Of a stretch of 64,000 bases of DNA, positions 62,027 to 64,000 are shown one piece after another (position 1 is the stretch's first letter; every line of letters begins with the position of its first letter). Below the pieces are notes generated by a model. The model worked only from the letters and a program-made list of their open reading frames with translations. It was not told the DNA's origin and made no database searches. The translations under genes were made by a program, and so were the position numbers. The stretch is from Syntrophales bacterium. Lineage in GTDB: Bacteria > Desulfobacterota > Syntrophia > Syntrophales > UBA2210. Where the stretch lies: contig CAXXNF010000002.1 of assembly GCA_963666365.2 (NCBI GenBank), positions 768,001 through 832,000 on the forward strand. The letters run 5' to 3'.

Positions 62027-63418
62027 TTACACCGAACCTTCATTATTTATCTGATCCATTCTCAGCTTTTCGAGACGATAGCGGAGAGAATCGAAGGTAA
62101 TATTAAGATATTTTGCCGCCCGCGTTTTCGATCCATCGGCCTTTTTCAGCGCCTTTTCGATAAGGCGCCGTTCATAGTGCGCCAGTTCTTCAGCAAGACA
62201 AATGCCCTCGTCCGGTATGTCGTCACCCCCCTCCCGTGAAGCACCCCATTCTCCCGCTTCTGAAATAACAAGGTTTTCCGGCAGTATGATGTTCGACGTT
62301 TCCATAGCCACGCTTCGCTCTATGATGTTTTCCAGTTCGCGCACATTTCCCGGAAAGGGGTAATTCACCAGCAGTTCGAGGGCATAGGCGGATATTTTCT
62401 TTACCTCCCTTCCCGCTTCTCTGGCATATTTTTCTATGAAATACTCCACAAGCGTCGGGATGTCCTCTTTTCGGTCTCTGAGGGGAGGAATCCGTATCGG
62501 AATGACATTGAGGCGATAGTACAGATCTTCCCTGAATTCAAGATGTTGTACCTTTTTTTCGAGATTCTGGTTTGTCGCCGATATAATGCGCACGTCAACG
62601 GTAATATCTTCGCAGCCGCCGATGCGCCTGAAGGTCTTTTCCTGCACTGCCCTTAAAAGTTTTACCTGAAGGAACGGGGATAGTTCTCCCACCTCGTCGA
62701 GGAAGAGAGTCCCTCTGTGAGCGGCCTCGAAAAGACCCGCTTTATCGGCATAGGCGCCGGTAAAGGAACCCTTCGTATACCCGAAGAGTTCGCTTTCCAA
62801 AAGCTGTTCCGGTATGCCACCGCAATTGATCACCACAAAGGGCTTCCCTTTCCGGCTGCTGTTTTCATGGATGGACCGGGCCACCAGCTCCTTGCCGGTT
62901 CCACTCTCGCCAAGGATAAGCACATTTGCCGACGTATCGGCCACCCTGCGGATCAGCGAATAGACTTTCCGCATTTTCTTGCTCTTGCCCACCATGCCGC
63001 TGTAGGAAGGTGAGTTTTCCACCTCTTTGATAAACCGGGCTTCGTCGCGACCGGCTCCCCGCTGGCTCAGGGCCTTCTCCACCAGTGACTTCAGGTCGTT
63101 GAGATCAAAATTCTTTTCCAGATAATCATAGGCGCCCTCTTTCATCGCCGCCAGCGCGGTTTCCCCCGACGCATAGGCCGTCACCACAATGACCATGGTT
63201 TCCGGTGAGACTTCCTTTACCTGCTTCAGGAGGCTTATTCCGTCCATGCGGGGCATTTTGAGATCGGTGATCACGAGATCAAACTTTTTTTTCCTGCATC
63301 GGCTGATCGCCTCGCGCCCGCCGGGCACGGCAACCACGTCATATCGCTCACGGGTAAGCATGATTTCAAGAAATTCTCGCATACCCTGATCGTCATCCAC
63401 TACAAGGATGTCGGCCAT
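62027..63418 (-). CDS. pilR: sigma54-dependent response regulator PilR
   Basis: REC, GESGTGKE, ESELFG..GSFTGA, FREDLYYRL, Fis-type HTH; adjacent to pilA. Confidence 0.88.
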   Translation of the reverse strand: MADILVVDDDQGMREFLEIMLTRERYDVVAVPGGREAISRCRKKKFDLVITDLKMPRMDGISLLKQVKEVSPETMVIVVTAYASGETALAAMKEGAYDYLEKNFDLNDLKSLVEKALSQRGAGRDEARFIKEVENSPSYSGMVGKSKKMRKVYSLIRRVADTSANVLILGESGTGKELVARSIHENSSRKGKPFVVINCGGIPEQLLESELFGYTKGSFTGAYADKAGLFEAAHRGTLFLDEVGELSPFLQVKLLRAVQEKTFRRIGGCEDITVDVRIISATNQNLEKKVQHLEFREDLYYRLNVIPIRIPPLRDRKEDIPTLVEYFIEKYAREAGREVKKISAYALELLVNYPFPGNVRELENIIERSVAMETSNIILPENLVISEAGEWGASREGGDDIPDEGICLAEELAHYERRLIEKALKKADGSKTRAAKYLNITFDSLRYRLEKLRMDQINNEGSV

Positions 63419-63450
63419 TGTGCAATTCCTCCTTCGGCGCCTCGCTTATT

Positions 63451-64000
63451 TCACAGGGGGAATCCCATTGTGCAGCAGGTGCCTTGATCAACTTCACTCT
63501 TAATTTCAAAATATCCGTGATGACCTTCCATCACACGGCTTACAATGGCAAGCCCCAGTCCGGTGCCCATTTCCTTTGTGGTGAAAAAGGGCTCGCGCAC
63601 CTTCCGCAGGGTTGTCTCTTCTATGCCGCACCCCTGATCGACAACACTAATTTCAAGAAATTTCCTCCCGCTTTTTTCATCGGTGCGCACCTGTGTTCTG
63701 ATCGACAGCGTTCCCCCGTTGTGCATCGCCTGGAGCGCATTGATCACGATATTCAAGAGAGCGTGGCGTACCTCTACTCTGTTTCCCCGGATGATGTATG
63801 CATCGCACAATGCCTGCGATATGTGTACCGTCCGGTTCCAATCGCTGCCGAAATAGAGGGTTTCCAGAATATCTTCGACCACCTCTGACATGTCGATTGT
63901 ATCGTCTCCGCCTTGTGCCGGACGCGTGAAGAGGAGAAAATCCCGCGCCAGATTTTCCAACTGGTCTTTTCCTCTCAACACAATATCCATCAATTTTCTG
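63451..64000 (-). CDS. pilS: Sensor histidine kinase PilS, C-terminal part (5' end outside window)
   Basis: [28 protein letters not shown]; upstream of pilR. Confidence 0.75.
   Translation of the reverse strand, partial: RKLMDIVLRGKDQLENLARDFLLFTRPAQGGDDTIDMSEVVEDILETLYFGSDWNRTVHISQALCDAYIIRGNRVEVRHALLNIVINALQAMHNGGTLSIRTQVRTDEKSGRKFLEISVVDQGCGIEETTLRKVREPFFTTKEMGTGLGLAIVSRVMEGHHGYFEIKSEVDQGTCCTMGFPL

Overview
64 kb of bacterial chromosome. Gene content and protein families point to an anaerobic Desulfobacterota (former Deltaproteobacteria), probably Syntrophales-like; this is inferred, not tested. (i) 1-8230 looks like the decayed right end of an island integrated at tRNA-Pro(GGG). It carries a redox/CoA operon (iron-sulfur flavoprotein, crotonase, QueG/reductive-dehalogenase-like protein, molybdopterin enzyme), an NCS2 permease with an unusual RsbW-like C-terminal tail, and three pseudogene remnants (sensor, RAYT-like transposase, tyrosine integrase). 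(ii) 8.3-25 kb is mostly housekeeping: comEA-like, lysC, tsaE, acpS, folP, ftsH, tilS, panG-like/panB behind a pan RNA motif plus attenuator, adk, lepA, hemW. (iii) 25.5-44 kb holds a Mrp/Mbh-type multisubunit cation/H+ antiporter split into three blocks. A complete cytoplasmic signalling cassette lies inside it: a Rossmann-fold/PAS/GAF kinase, a hybrid kinase, a stand-alone receiver and two USPs. This is the best candidate for an undescribed system. (iv) 44-64 kb has SPFH/NfeD, UDG, coaBC, an M23 peptidase, the kdsA-kdsC-lptCAB-rpoN-hpf-ptsN-hprK-rapZ cluster, a TPR protein, xerD, and a sigma54/PilSR-controlled aromatic-rich type IVa pilin (e-pilin candidate). No CRISPR array or rRNA was seen. 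All assignments come from motif recognition by eye; no database searches were run.
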